Source of the DNA: Francisella sp. | GTDB taxonomy: Bacteria > Pseudomonadota > Gammaproteobacteria > Francisellales > Francisellaceae | Length of the DNA stretch: 64,000 bases | Assembly: GCA_038141505.1 (NCBI GenBank) | Contig: JAYQIE010000042.1 | Location: 3,903-67,902, forward strand | Reading direction: 5' to 3' | In this document: positions 24,559-36,767 of the stretch, piece by piece | Position numbering within the stretch: position 1 is the first letter of the stretch | How the letters are laid out: each line of letters starts with the position of its first letter | Notes under the pieces: model-generated | What the model was told of the DNA's origin: nothing | The model's database searches: none | What the model saw: the letters and a program-made list of their open reading frames with translations, nothing else | Program-made: the position numbers and the translations under genes

Positions 24559-26174
24559 ATGAAAAAAATAGGTGTTTTGGTTTCGCTAGTATTGTTTAGT
24601 GTGTCAATGAGTTTTGCAACGGTGTCAGCAAGTATTAGTCGTACTAATGTTGAAAATGGTGAAACTATAGACCTTACGCTACATCTTGAAAATTTCAATA
24701 CACAACCTAACCTTAGCGTTTTAGATAAAGACTTTACTGTATATAACGCTAGTACTAGTAGTAAGGTCAGCACTATAAATGGTAAAACTACTGCTCAGTA
24801 CGACATGATAGTCACAATAATGCCAAATAAAACAGGTAAATTAACTATCCCAGCTATAAAAGTTGGTAGTGAATATACTAAGCCAATATCTATAAATGTA
24901 GATAAAGCATTATCTAATGATGAAGAAGATAAATACCAAGATATATTTGCCATAAGTACTATTGAAAGTGATAGTAGCTATATAAATGTACCTGTGCTTT
25001 ATACAATAAAAATTTATTACTCCACCCCGATATTAGGTCTACAGCCAAAGCCTTTTAAGATAGATAAATCAGAAATACGCCCAACAAACCATAGACTAAC
25101 TTATCAGAAAAGAATAAACGGTAATTTATATGATGTGAACGAGGAAAGTTTTTTAATAGTTCCTCATAAAACTGGCAAGGTTAAAATACCTCCAATGGTG
25201 CTACAAGCTACAGTATCCAATGGTTTTGGGCAACTTGGCGTTAAGACAAGGTTTGTTTCTACAAAAGGACATACGCTAAATGTAAAACCTATTCCAAAGA
25301 ATATAAGTATAAAAGACTGGTTCCCATCTTCTGATGTGAAATTAAGTGATAACTGGTCTGATGATAAAAATGTAACAGCTGGTAGCTTGATTACTAGAAC
25401 AGTTACTATTTCAGCAAAAGGTGTACTTAGCAATGATATTCCTAAGCTTGATTTTAAATCTACAGATGATTTTAATATCTATGCAGAAAAGCCAAAGTTA
25501 GAAGATGTTGAGAAAAGCGGTAAGCTAACAGGTACAGCTACTTATAAAATCGGTTATATGCCAACTAAAGAAGGAAAATCTAAAGTTCCTGAGCTTAAAT
25601 TGAAATGGTATGATGTTGATGCACATAAATCTAAAGTTGCGAGTATTGCTGCAAAAGAGTTTGATGTAAAAAAAGGCAGCGTTGCTAATACTGATTTTTT
25701 AGGTTCTATAACTCCAGATGCGACTAAAGTAGTTGAAAAAACAGTTGTAGATCCTTTTGGAAGAATGTATCTATTGCATTGGCTGTGCTATGGGTAATAA
25801 CACTATTACTACTTCTAAAGTGTCGATTTTCAAAGTCAAAAAAGCTAAGGTCTGTAGGATTTGAAGAAAACAATGCTAATGAAAGTCTTGGTATAAAAGA
25901 TATTAAAAAAGCTTGTGATAAGAAAGATAATGCAGGCTTACAAAAGGCTTTAGTTAGCTGGGCAAGTCAAAGGTTTGATAAAGAGATTTTCTCTACACAA
26001 GAGATTTCTAATTTCGTTCCAGAATTAGAACCTATTCTGAAAAACCTAAATGCAGCGATGTATTCTAATAAGAAGTTTGATGGGTATGCGGAGCTTTTAA
26101 AGATAGTTATAAATGCAGATAAGATAAAAAATAAGAAAAGATCTAATAAGCAAATTAAAGGGTTGTATGAATAG
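24559..26174 (+). CDS. BatD-like protein (frameshifted)
   Basis: Signal peptide, repeated P..TGKLTIPAIKV Ig-like motifs, LKWYDV, C-terminal TM; last gene of the moxR-vWA-TPR locus. Confidence 0.85.
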
Positions 26175-26269
26175 TTTTTGCTAAAAAATCAGATAATTGC
26201 TTTTATCACAATAATTAGTCTGTTAATTTGATAAACTAATATTTAGTAACATAAGCTCAATAAGTTTTA

Positions 26270-26704
26270 ATGAAAGTTGAATTTCAAGTTTTTCAAACAA
26301 GTAATCTTGTAGATGTTTTAAATAGTATCTGTGAATATGTAGTCGCTAATTATAGTCATTCTAGAAAGATAGCAATACTTGCACCTCAAGGCATAGCTAA
26401 AGAATTAGATAGTAAATTGTGGCAAGCTGATACAGAAAATTTCTTACCTCATTTTTGTGCGATAAATTCAAAGCAATACAATTCTTGTAAAGGTATTCCA
26501 CTACTTATAACAGATAATTTATTTATCGTTTCAGAAGCTGATGAGTTGATTAATCTAATGGATATAGTTATTGATAGTAGTAAAGTAAATGTTGCTAAGC
26601 TAACAGAGATTGTCTACCAAGCTGATAAGGCACTAGAAAGCTCACGCAAGAAATATATGTTTTATAAAAAAGCTGGTTTTGAGATCGAGTCGAATAAAAA
26701 ATAA
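26270..26704 (+). CDS. holC: DNA polymerase III subunit chi
   Basis: LDSKLW...FLPH motif, SRKKY.FYKK.GF; upstream of valS. Confidence 0.85.
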   Translation: MKVEFQVFQTSNLVDVLNSICEYVVANYSHSRKIAILAPQGIAKELDSKLWQADTENFLPHFCAINSKQYNSCKGIPLLITDNLFIVSEADELINLMDIVIDSSKVNVAKLTEIVYQADKALESSRKKYMFYKKAGFEIESNKK

Positions 26705-26820
26705 ACACTTTATAGAGCTGATTTTACATTAGGCAATTTCATAATATATTTTTCTGCGTATTCTTGCTAAAATTAACCTCATAAATTTTCTAATTAATCT
26801 ACATATTTACGGTTGTATAA

Positions 26821-29594
26821 ATGACTCAAGAAATAAACAAAAACTATAATCCAAAAGAAATCGAGCAATCTAACTATCAAAACTGGGAAGCAAGCGGAAA
26901 ATTTGCTTGTGGTACGGACTCTAATAAATCTGATTCTGCTGAAAAATTTGCAGTAATGCTACCACCTCCAAATGTAACAGGTACGCTACATATGGGGCAT
27001 GGTTTTCAAATGACTTTAATGGATATCCTTACTCGTTATCATCGTATGACAGGTAAAGATACTTTGTGGCAACCAGGTACAGATCATGCTGGTATTGCTA
27101 CTCAAATGGTTGTTGAAAGACAGCTTAATGCTGATGGTATATCTCGCCATGATTTAGGTCGTGAGAATTTCCTTAGTAAAGTGTGGGAATGGAAAGAGCA
27201 ATCTGGTGGCACGATAACTTCGCAAATGCGTAGAATCGGAGCATCTCCTGATTGGGATCGTGAGAGATTTACTATGGATGAGGGTCTATCAAAAGCTGTA
27301 ACTAAAGCGTTTGTAAAACTCTACGATGATGGTTTGGCTTATAGAGGTGAAAGACTTGTAAATTGGGATCCTAAGCTTAAAACAGCGGTTTCAGATTTAG
27401 AGGTTGCTCAAATAGATAAGAAAGGGTCACTTTGGCATTTTGTATATCCAGTAGCTGATAGTGATGAGAAAATCATTATTGCGACAACTCGTCCAGAGAC
27501 TATGCTTGGCGATATGGCTGTAGCAGTGCATCCTGAAGATGAGAGATATACTCATTTAGTTGGTAAGATGATAAATCTGCCACTTACAAATAGACAAATT
27601 CCGATTATTGCGGATGATTATGTTGAGAAAGATTTTGGTACAGGTTGTGTGAAAATCACACCAGCACATGATTTTAATGACTATGAGATGGGTAAGCGTC
27701 ATAATTTAGAAAAGATGAATATCTTAACTGATGATGCGACTTTAAACGATAGAGTGCCAGCAGAGTATATCGGTTTAGATAGGTTTGTAGCTCGTAAAAA
27801 GATTGTTGCAGATATGGATGCTTTGGGTCTTTTGGATAAAATCGAGCCACATGATCTTAAAGTACCGACTGGCGATAGAACTGGAGAAGTACTGGAACCA
27901 TACCTTACAAAGCAATGGTTTGTAAAAGCTGATGTACTTGCAAAACCTGCTATAGAAGCAGTTGAGTCTGGTAAGGTAAGATTTGTGCCAAATAATTGGA
28001 AAAATACTTACTACTCTTGGATGAGAGATATCAATGACTGGTGTGTATCTCGCCAGCTTTGGTGGGGGCATAGAATCCCTGCTTGGTTTGATAATGATGG
28101 TAATGTATTTGTTGGTGAGTCAGAAGAGCAAATTCGTACTAAATACAATTTAGCAGATAGCATAGTGCTAACTCAAGATAATGATGTTTTTGATACATGG
28201 TTTTCATCTGCTTTGTGGCCGTTTAGTACTTTGGGTTGGCCTGAACAAACTCCAGAGTTAGCAAAATACTATCCAACAAGTGTGCTTGTAACTGGTTTTG
28301 ACATTATATTTTTCTGGGTTGCTAGAATGATGATGTTTGGTATGTACTTTATGGACGATGTGCCGTTTAAGGATATTTACATCACAGGGCTTATCCGTGA
28401 TAGTGAAGGTCAAAAAATGTCTAAGTCTAAAGGTAATGTGCTAGATCCTGTAGATTTGATCGATGGTATATCATTAGAAGATCTTTTAAAAAAAGAACAA
28501 CAGGTTTAATGCAACCACAAATGAAAGCTAAGATTGAAAAGGCTACTAAAAAGAGTTTCCAGAAGGTATAAGTGCTTATGGTTCTGATGCTGTACGATTT
28601 ACATTTGCTGCATTAGCTTCAACTTCAAGGGATATAAGCTTTGATACTCCTAGAGTAGAGGGCTACCGTAATTTCTGTAACAAGCTTTGGAATGCTTCAA
28701 GATTTGTTATGATGAATCTTGATGGTTATAAAGTTTGTGAAAACTATGAGCTTAATGTCACAGATAAATGGATTTGGAGTGCTTTAAACAATACTACGGT
28801 AGAAGTTCATAAGCATATCGCTAATTATCGTTTTGATTTAGTGGCTAATACTATTTATGATTTTGTATGGAATAATTATTGTGACTGGTATGTCGAGTTT
28901 GCAAAAGTTGCATTAAAAGATGAGTCTCTTTCTGAGAAGCAAAAAAATGGTGTTAAATACACATTAGCAAAAGTGCTTGAGAATATCCTAGCTTTAGCTC
29001 ATCCGATAATCCCATTTATCACTGAGAGCATTTATGAGCAGTTAAAAACTCATCTTGATAACGCTCAGACTTCGATTATGGATGTTTTCTATCCTGAATT
29101 TAACCAAAGTTTAGTGGCTGTAGAAGCGGAAAAAACTGTTTCATGGTTGCAGAATATTATCACTACTCTACGAAATATGCGTGGCGAGGTTGGTATCAAG
29201 CCATCATTAGAGATCTCTTTGATAGTGAAAGATGTAGCTAATAAAGATAAAAAATATCTAGCTCAAACAGAGAGCTTTATAAAAGCTTTGGCAAGATTGA
29301 AAAATATCGAGTTTAATGATAATCCTCCAACTTCACTATCTCAGATTGTAGAAGGACTTGAGCTTAATATTCCATTAGATGGCTTGGTTGATATCGAAGC
29401 AGAAAAAGCAAGACTTGATAAAGAGCTAGATAAACTACAAAAAAGAAGTAAAAAGAGTTGAGAGTAAACTTTCTAATGAAAGATTTGTATCAAATGCTCC
29501 AGAAGCTGTAGTAGGTGTCGAAAAAGAAAAGCTTGCTAAGTATAAAGACTTATATGCGAAGACTCTTGAGAAGAAAAACCTTTTGCAAAAGTAA
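26821..29594 (+). CDS. valS: Valine--tRNA ligase (indel breaks)
   Basis: [34 protein letters not shown]-terminal coiled coil. Confidence 0.97.
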
Positions 29595-29606
29595 TGACCT
29601 GATTTA

Positions 29607-29987
29607 CTAGGATTTTGTATTTATTTCAATCATATTGAAATCAGGATCATAAAAGAAAAGTTGTTTTGTACTTGTTTCTTTGCTGAAATCCTCAGTTATT
29701 ATTTCTATATTCAAGGACTCTAATTTTGTTTTTTGTTTAAAATAGTCGCTATTTGTCATTTGTATTGCAAAATGTGGTTGAGTAGTTTTATTTACATGTT
29801 TTTTGTTAGGATTGTTTGTTGAAAGTATAAGATGAAGAGAACATTCTCCTAAATTATACCAAAGGCCTGGAGTGATAAAACCAGGTCTATATATTTTTGT
29901 TAATTCTAAAATATTGGAGTAAAAGTTTTCAGCAACCTCTATGTTTGTAATAGTTAGTGCTATATGATCTAATTTAAATAATTTCAT
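29607..29987 (-). CDS. VOC/glyoxalase family protein
   Basis: LDHIAL, FYSNIL, HFAI, QLFFYDPDFNMIEI. Confidence 0.88.
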   Translation of the reverse strand: MKLFKLDHIALTITNIEVAENFYSNILELTKIYRPGFITPGLWYNLGECSLHLILSTNNPNKKHVNKTTQPHFAIQMTNSDYFKQKTKLESLNIEIITEDFSKETSTKQLFFYDPDFNMIEINTKS

Positions 29988-30044
29988 ATTTCAACAGTTA
30001 TTTATATGTTGCTAAAAAGTTTATCATAAAAAACAGAGCTGAAA

Positions 30045-30732
30045 CTAATTAGCACCCACCAATATAGACCTATCGACTTTATTAATGTCAATATGACCAC
30101 AAAATGCCATAGTCTTATCCATTTCTTCACAAAAGATTTCTAGTACTCTTTCGGCACCTTTTTCACCATAAGCCCCAATACCATAGACCATCGGTCTGCC
30201 AATTAGCCCAGCTGTTGCACCTAGGGCCTTTGCTTTGAGTAAATCTTGACCAGAACGAATACCACTATCAATAAGAACTTCAAGCTTGCTATCTACAGCA
30301 TCAATAATTTCTTCTAAAACAGATATGCTTGAAGGAGCCCCATCAAGTTGGCGACCACCATGGTTTGATACTACTATCCCATCCGCCCCAGTATTTTGTG
30401 CTAGAATTGCATCTTTTGCATCCATAATCCCCTTGATAATCATAGGACCATTCCATTGCTTTTGTACCCATTCAACATCACGCCAGCTTAGGCTTAAATC
30501 AAATTGCTCATTTGTCCATTTTCCTAAAGAGGCAAAGCCACCTTTATTTTCAGTATGATTTTCGATGTTACCAAAAGTTTTATTTTTAGTTTTTAGCATA
30601 TTTAAACACCAAGGAATTTTGGTACTTAGATTGACTAGGTTTTTAAAAGTTGGTTTTGGTGGTACAGTTAAGCCATTTTTTATATCAGCATGGCGATTAC
30701 CTAGCATTTGTAAATCAGCTGTTAGCACTAAA
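30045..30732 (-). pseudogene. lldD: FMN-dependent L-lactate dehydrogenase, 5'-truncated by IS3 element
   Basis: VSNHGGRQLD, DSGIRSGQD, GRPMVYG; frame runs into the IS end and the N-terminal part is absent on the far side of the IS. Confidence 0.88.
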
Positions 30733-30803
30733 GGGTAATACCCCTAAAAATAATAGCATTTAGAAGTGTACAAAAATATACTAATAAATGAGAGGTATTA
30801 CAA

Positions 30804-31070
30804 ATGAAACAAAAACGATATACAGATAGTCAAATAGTAAATATTTTAAAGGAATCAGAGAGCGGCATTATCGTATCTGATTTGTGTCGCAAATATGGTA
30901 TAAGTAGCTCAACATCTTATAAATGGCGTGAGAAATACAGTGGTATGGATGTTTCAATGCTAACAAAAGTTAAAGAGCTTGAAGCCCAAAATAGTAGACT
31001 TAAGCGTATGTATGCTGATTTACAGTTAGATCATGATATTTTAAAGGAAGCGATGACAAAAAAGTGGTAA
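30804..31070 (+). CDS. IS3 transposase OrfA
   Basis: RYTDSQIVNILKE...LCRKYGIS...YKWREKYSGM...ELEAQNSRLKRMYADL. Confidence 0.93.
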   Translation: MKQKRYTDSQIVNILKESESGIIVSDLCRKYGISSSTSYKWREKYSGMDVSMLTKVKELEAQNSRLKRMYADLQLDHDILKEAMTKKW

Positions 31071-31892
31071 AGCCATCTGGAGCGAAAGAAGATGGCTTTA
31101 CAGACAGTAAAAAGCTAAGAAAATCAGTGTCAAAAGGAGCTGTAAAGTTTTTTGCATAAGTGAAACAGCATACTACTATAGCCCTAAAAATAGTGATGAT
31201 AATGAGTATATAGCAAATAAGTTAATTGAGCTTACAGGCTCATCGCAACTGGGGTTTTAAGCTATGCTTTCTGCATATAAGAAATGTATTGGGTAAGAGG
31301 TTTAATCATAAACGAGTATATCGAATATATTGTGATTTGTGTTTAAACTTACGAATAAAGCCTAAAAAAAAGAATTAAAAGAGATAAGCCAAAACCATTA
31401 ACTGAAGCTACTAGAGCAAACCAAATATGGTCTATGGATTTTATGCACGATAATTTATCTAGTGGTAAAAAGTATAGGCTATTAAATATTATAGATGACT
31501 ATAATAGAGAAGGCTTAGATTGTGAGATTGACTTTTCATTACCATCATATCGAGTTGAAAAGACTTTAAAAAGGTTAATAAATCAAAGGGGTAAGCCTAT
31601 AGCAATCAGGTGTGATAATGGTCCTGAATATATAAGCAATAGCTTAAAGTTGTGGGCTAAAAGAAATAAGATACAACTATGGTATATTCAACCTGGAAAC
31701 CCTCAACAAAATGGCTATGTTGAGAGATTTAATAGGACTATGAGATATGAACTATTAGAGCAAAATTTATTTGATAGTTTAGATGATATTAGGTTACAAT
31801 CTACTAGATGGTTATGGGATTACAACAACATTAGACCACATATGGCTTTAGGAGGTTTTCCTCCTAGAATGGTAGCTAATAAAGCTATTTAA
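31064..31892 (+). CDS. IS3 transposase OrfB (extra indels in the 5' part)
   Basis: [45 protein letters not shown]. Confidence 0.9.
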
Positions 31893-31963
31893 ATAAGTGT
31901 ACACTTCTAAGTGACATTAAAAATGGGAGTATTACCCTCTATATAGCCAAAGCGCTATAAAAA

Positions 31964-32061
31964 TGTCATCTTTGAATTTGGTTTGCTGAGCGTAGCTGAA
32001 AGATGGCATATCAAGACAGGTATTGATTTTATTGAAATCCTAAAACAAGTTCAGGGTGACG
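31964..32061. repeat. Degenerate CGTC/RPE-like doublet downstream of grxD
   Basis: 32034-32061 reverse complement CGTCACCCTGAACTTGTTTTAGGATTTC; degenerate TGTCATCTTTGAA at 31964. Confidence 0.6.
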
Positions 32062-32097
32062 AAATAGGTTTTTAGTATTTCTTTTATTGCTAGTAAG

Positions 32098-32424
32098 CTA
32101 GATAGTATTTATAAGCTCTTGAAGTTCGCCTGAATCTTTCATTTCCATGATGATGTCACAGCCACCAACAAGTTCGCCTTTTATCCATAATTGTGGGAAA
32201 GTTGGCCAATCTGCGTATTTTGGTAAGATTGCTCTGATATCTGGGTTTTCAAGTATATTTACAAATGCAAATGGTTTGCCGCAAGCTCTTATCGCTGTAG
32301 CTGTATGAGCTGAAAAACCACATTGAGGCATGCTCGGAGTACCTTTCATATAAAGAATCATATCGTTTTCTTTTATTTGCTTTTTGATTCTGTCAATAAC
32401 TTGTTGTTCTTCTGGTGTGTACAT
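32098..32424 (-). CDS. grxD: Monothiol glutaredoxin
   Basis: MKGTP..PQCGFS, WPTFPQL, GGCD. Confidence 0.96.
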   Translation of the reverse strand: MYTPEEQQVIDRIKKQIKENDMILYMKGTPSMPQCGFSAHTATAIRACGKPFAFVNILENPDIRAILPKYADWPTFPQLWIKGELVGGCDIIMEMKDSGELQELINTI

Positions 32425-32490
32425 TATATTTATCCTTTTTTATATTATGTGATTTGTTAAATTTAGAAATTTTATCAAAAAAATGATATT

Positions 32491-32747
32491 TTACTGATAT
32501 TATACACCAAACGCAATCTTGAGCAAAAGAGGAAGTTTTATATGCAAGGCAGATTTTTATTAGGATAGCTGTAGCTATGGTAATAAAGTTCTAAAGAGTC
32601 AGATGATGCTTTATCTTTTTTGTACCTCATGGATGGTATAATTTACATCAAATTGCGTCGTTAGTAAGATTTGAAGCTACTGGTAGCTCCTGCACTTCAA
32701 TGCAACTTATACCGCACAAGCTTGCTTTTGGTGTGTAATATCAGTAA
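32491..32747. mobile_element. Non-autonomous MITE-like element, copy 1 (257 bp)
   Basis: 21-bp terminal IR TTACTGATATTATACACCAAA / TTTGGTGTGTAATATCAGTAA (1 mismatch); homologous, inverted copy at 36768-37200. Confidence 0.85.
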
Positions 32748-32812
32748 TATTATACTAAATAGGTATAGTTTTCTAAACCAACAATTTCAATAAAATAACA
32801 AAGGAGCATAAT

Positions 32813-33392
32813 ATGCAATTTGAATTACCAAAATTACCATACGCACATGACGCGTTAGAGCCAGTTATCTCAAAGAAACAATCGAGTATCACTACGGTAG
32901 ACATCATCAAACTTATGTAACTAACTTAAACAAACTAGTTGCAGGTACTGAGCATGATGGTCAAAACTTAGAAGAAATTATCAAGACTTCTAGTGGTGGA
33001 TTATTTAATAATGCAGCTCAAGTATACAACCACACTTTTTACTGGAATTGCCTAGCTCCTAAAAAGACAGAAGCTTCAAGTGCATTGAAAGCAGCAATTA
33101 TCGAAACTTTTGGCTCTTGCGATGCTTTTAAAGAGCAGTTTTCAACAGCAGCAGTAACTACTTTTGGCTCAGGTTGGGCGTGGCTTGTAGAAAAAATTCT
33201 CATGGTAAGCTTGAGATTGTAACTACAAGTAATGCAGGTTGTCCGCTTACAGACAACAAAAAGCCACTTCTTACATTTGATGTATGGGAGCATGCTTATT
33301 ATGTTGATTATCGTAATGCTAGACCTAAATATATTGAGTCACTTTGGGATATCGTGAACTGGGAATTTGTTTCAGAGCAGTTCGCTAAATAG
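32813..33392 (+). CDS. sodB: Fe superoxide dismutase (indel breaks)
   Basis: [40 protein letters not shown]. Confidence 0.95.
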
Positions 33393-33394
33393 TT

Positions 33395-33750
33395 CTAAGA
33401 ATCTAAATCTATTATTTCACTTATAGTGTATTTATTTGTTTCTGGCTCGAATGAAACACTTAATTTATCTCCTTCATAATATAAATCAAGATCACAAGTA
33501 AACTCATTAAATTTGTTTGTGCTACATGCTTTGGCACTGTTTTCGTTGTTTATATTATATATTGTGATACTTTTTCCCGAGCTAATTTTTTAGTTATACC
33601 TGCATATTTAACTTCAAAAGTAGCATCTATGCCACCCATATCATTTTTAAGTTGTATCTTACTGAGATCTTTTGCATCATCAGGCTTATCTTCAGCAAAA
33701 CAAAAGCTAGATAAACTAATAAGTCCAATCATTAAAAGTATTTTTTTCAT
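33395..33750 (-). CDS. Hypothetical secreted protein (frameshifted)
   Basis: Signal peptide MKKILLMIGLISLSSFCFA; second frame continues ...KACSTNKFNEFTCDLDLYYEGDK...DLDS*. Confidence 0.55.
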
Positions 33751-33845
33751 AATAATTTCCTGCAACATAAGGTTAAGTTAGACTTATTATTATAGATTAT
33801 TAATTTACAAATACAATTTTAAGAATGATTTTTGCTAAAAAATAT

Positions 33846-35113
33846 TTAAATTAATCTCGCCATTTCTTTGATTCGCTGTCTAAATATATATATGAATAAT
33901 GAGACAATCATTCCAATAATAAAGCTAAATATAAATAATCCCTCCCAGTTATAGTTGGTTTGTATATAACCAGCTAGTGGGCCTACAAGGACTCTGCCTA
34001 GAGAATCTATTGAGCTAAGAATAGCGAATTGAGTTGCAGAAAACTTAAGGTTTACCAGGCTCATAATCATTGCAACTAATATCGCTGTACCCATTGCACC
34101 ACAAAAGTATTCGACTGCTACAGAGCTTACCATTAGGTAATAATTTTTGCCAACTATAGCTAAAGCTACATACATAAGATTTGCACAAGCCATGATTATA
34201 CTGAAGTATAAAAGCTTTTATAAACACCTATTTTTTTAGCAACTAATCCACCAAAGACTAAACCACTAATAGTCGCAACTAAGGAGAATGCTTTGTATGA
34301 TAGTGCTATTGTAGTTTTATCAAATCCTATATCTACAAAAAATATTGTGTTTAAAGAGAAAGCAATAGCATCAGCTAATTTATAGACAACTATAATGGTT
34401 AGAATAATAGCTGCGGTTGTGACACCTTTACGCGTAAAAACTCTATAAAAGGTACTGTAAATGCTTCTTTGAATGATTTTGGACTATCTGATTGTTTAGT
34501 TTCTTTTAGAACTAGAGTGTAAAGTGGACAGATTATAAAGAATGGCAATATCATTAGCCAAGTCAAGTTCCAATTATTATTTAGCCTATCTGCGATAATT
34601 AGAGCTATCGAGCCTGTAACAATCATTCCTATGCGATAACCCATCACGGCTATTGCATTACCTAGTGCTCGCTCGGATTCTTCTAATATTTCTGCTTGAT
34701 AAGCATTTATTGCAATGTCTTGGGTTGTTGATACAAAGCAGATTAAAAAGCCAATAAAGGCAATAATTAAGGGGAGTTTGCTGGTGAAAAAGGCTCATTG
34801 TTGCAATAAGTAATATTAGAGATATTTGTGTTAGCAATATCCATCCCTTTCTTCTGCCTAGTCCAGGTATGTTTATTTTATCGAGAAATGGAGCCCATAA
34901 ATATTTGAAAGTATATGGGAGGGCAATTAGTGTTAAGAAGGCGATATTTTGTGTGCTAATGCCACTATCCTTGTACCATAGCAATAAAGATGATGCTGTA
35001 AGCATTAAAGGTAGTCCAGAAGCATAGCCAAGCATTAGCATGCTAAACATTTTTGAATCACGGAAGGGAGTTGTTAGTTTCTCCGCTAAGGCTGGTTTAT
35101 TTATTGATTGCAT
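33846..35113 (-). CDS. ampG: AmpG muropeptide MFS permease (fragmented)
   Basis: LGYASGLPL, KYLWAPFLD, GRRKGW, TQDIAINAY, GYRIGM, SATQFAILSS. Confidence 0.9.
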
Positions 35114-35223
35114 ATTGATGCTATGAAAATACTAATAGGCTAAGGCTAGTTTAAAAAAGATGTATTTTCAAGTAATTTGTCTAAGGATATCATTATCAAC
35201 AGCTTTTTAACTGAAGTTGTGGG

Positions 35224-35289
35224 GGATAAGTAGAGACTTATCCATTATAAGAAAATCAAAAGTATAAAGATTCCCTCCTTCGAGGGGAT
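35224..35289. terminator. Two short hairpins downstream of gltA (possible terminator)
   Basis: GGATAAG-n6-CTTATCC and CCCTC-cttc-GAGGG; no clear U-tract. Confidence 0.3.
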
Positions 35290-35330
35290 TACTATTATTG
35301 GTATTGTGGAAAGATATAGATGGAGAAAAA

Positions 35331-36590
35331 TTAGAAATTTCTACTAGTAGCACCAGTATAAAGTTGTCTTGGGCGACCAATTTTTTGAGCAGGATCATTA
35401 GTCATTTCAATCCATTGAGAAATCCATCCTGAAGTTCTTGCAAGAGCAAAAATAGCAGTAAACATTTCTTCTGGTATACCCATAGCTTTAAGAATTATTC
35501 CAGAGTAGAAATCTACATTAGGGAATAATTTTCTGTCAATGAAAAAATCATCTTGAAGAGCTATTTCTTCAAGTTTTTTAGCCATAGAAAGTAGAGGGTT
35601 GTCACCGCCACCAAGTTTAGCCAAGATTTCTTCACAATTTTCTTTCATTGCTGTAGCGCGAGGGTCAGTGTTTTTGTAAACTCTGTGTCCAAAGCCCATC
35701 AATCTGAATGGATCATCTTTATCTTTTGCTTTTTCGATAAATTTGTCGATATTCTCTACAGAACCAATTTCAGCTAGCATCTTAAGTACAGCTTCGTTAG
35801 CTCCACCATGAGCAGGTCCCCATAGAGCTGTTATACCTGCAATGATAGCTGCATAAGGTGTAGTACCTGTTGATCCTGCTAATCTTACTGTAGATGTAGA
35901 AGCATTTTGTTCATGATCTGCATGAAGTATAAACATAGTATCCATAGCTTTTACATGTAGCTCATCAGGCACAAAGCTTTCATCTTCTGCAAACATCATG
36001 TATAAGAAGTTTTTAGCATAACCAAAATCAGGTTTAGGTTCTAAGAATTTCTTACCTTGATTGTGTCTGTAAGCCATAGCTGCTATAGTAGCTATTTTAG
36101 CTACGATGTTTTTAGCTACTTCATGTTGAGATTCGGTTTGTCCATTTGCGATATGTTCAGCGGCAAGTATATTTACACCAGCAATCAAACTTGACATTGG
36201 ATGAGTGTTTTGTGGCATAGTAGAAATAGCTGTTTTAACATGTTTGCAAACAGGCATTTTAGCTACTATTTCCTCTCTGAAAGCTTGCTTTTCTTGATCG
36301 TTAGGAATAGCTCCGTAGAATAAAGCATAACAAAGGCTTCTATAATTAGATTTTTTTGTCCATTCTTGAATTGGGTATCCTCTGTGTAAAAGCACACCTT
36401 TGCCACCATCTATGTATGTAATAGTAGATTCACATGCAGCAGTTGACATAAAGCCAGGGTCATAAGTAAATAGACCGTGTTTTACTAAAGATGAAACATC
36501 GATGCAGTCGTTGCCTAGACTAGGAGAATATACGGGTAATTGTATCTCGATATTCTTGTCTGCATACTTAAGAGTTACGTACTTACTCAT
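35331..36590 (-). CDS. gltA: Citrate synthase
   Basis: TYDPGF, LHADHEQNAST, GPAHGGANE, GFGHRVYK, PNVDFYSG. Confidence 0.97.
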   Translation of the reverse strand: MSKYVTLKYADKNIEIQLPVYSPSLGNDCIDVSSLVKHGLFTYDPGFMSTAACESTITYIDGGKGVLLHRGYPIQEWTKKSNYRSLCYALFYGAIPNDQEKQAFREEIVAKMPVCKHVKTAISTMPQNTHPMSSLIAGVNILAAEHIANGQTESQHEVAKNIVAKIATIAAMAYRHNQGKKFLEPKPDFGYAKNFLYMMFAEDESFVPDELHVKAMDTMFILHADHEQNASTSTVRLAGSTGTTPYAAIIAGITALWGPAHGGANEAVLKMLAEIGSVENIDKFIEKAKDKDDPFRLMGFGHRVYKNTDPRATAMKENCEEILAKLGGGDNPLLSMAKKLEEIALQDDFFIDRKLFPNVDFYSGIILKAMGIPEEMFTAIFALARTSGWISQWIEMTNDPAQKIGRPRQLYTGATSRNF

Positions 36591-36767
36591 TTAATTATGC
36601 CTCCGAGTAGAAGTTATATTAAAAATCATGCAATTTGTGTTGCAGTAAAAAGATACTATTCACCTAATTAAAGGCTTTATAAGCGTATCACAACTTGAAT
36701 AATAAGCTAAAGACCTGCTATTTGCAAATAAAAAAACTTTATATTATTAATCAATATTTTTAGTTAT

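Larger units (their letters stand above)
30733..31937 (+). mobile_element. IS3-family insertion sequence (IS407-like), ~1.2 kb
   Basis: 40-bp terminal IRs (31/40 match) starting GGGTAATAC; orfA HTH; A6G slippery site at 31058-31064; orfB rve core; no target duplication seen. Confidence 0.93.

Noticed and set aside
26821-29594. Mass pseudogenisation or programmed frameshifting (valS, tsf, priA, sucA, sdhA etc.)
   Set aside because: Essential genes are affected, breaks are mostly at homopolymers and protein motifs are intact; sequencing error is far more parsimonious.
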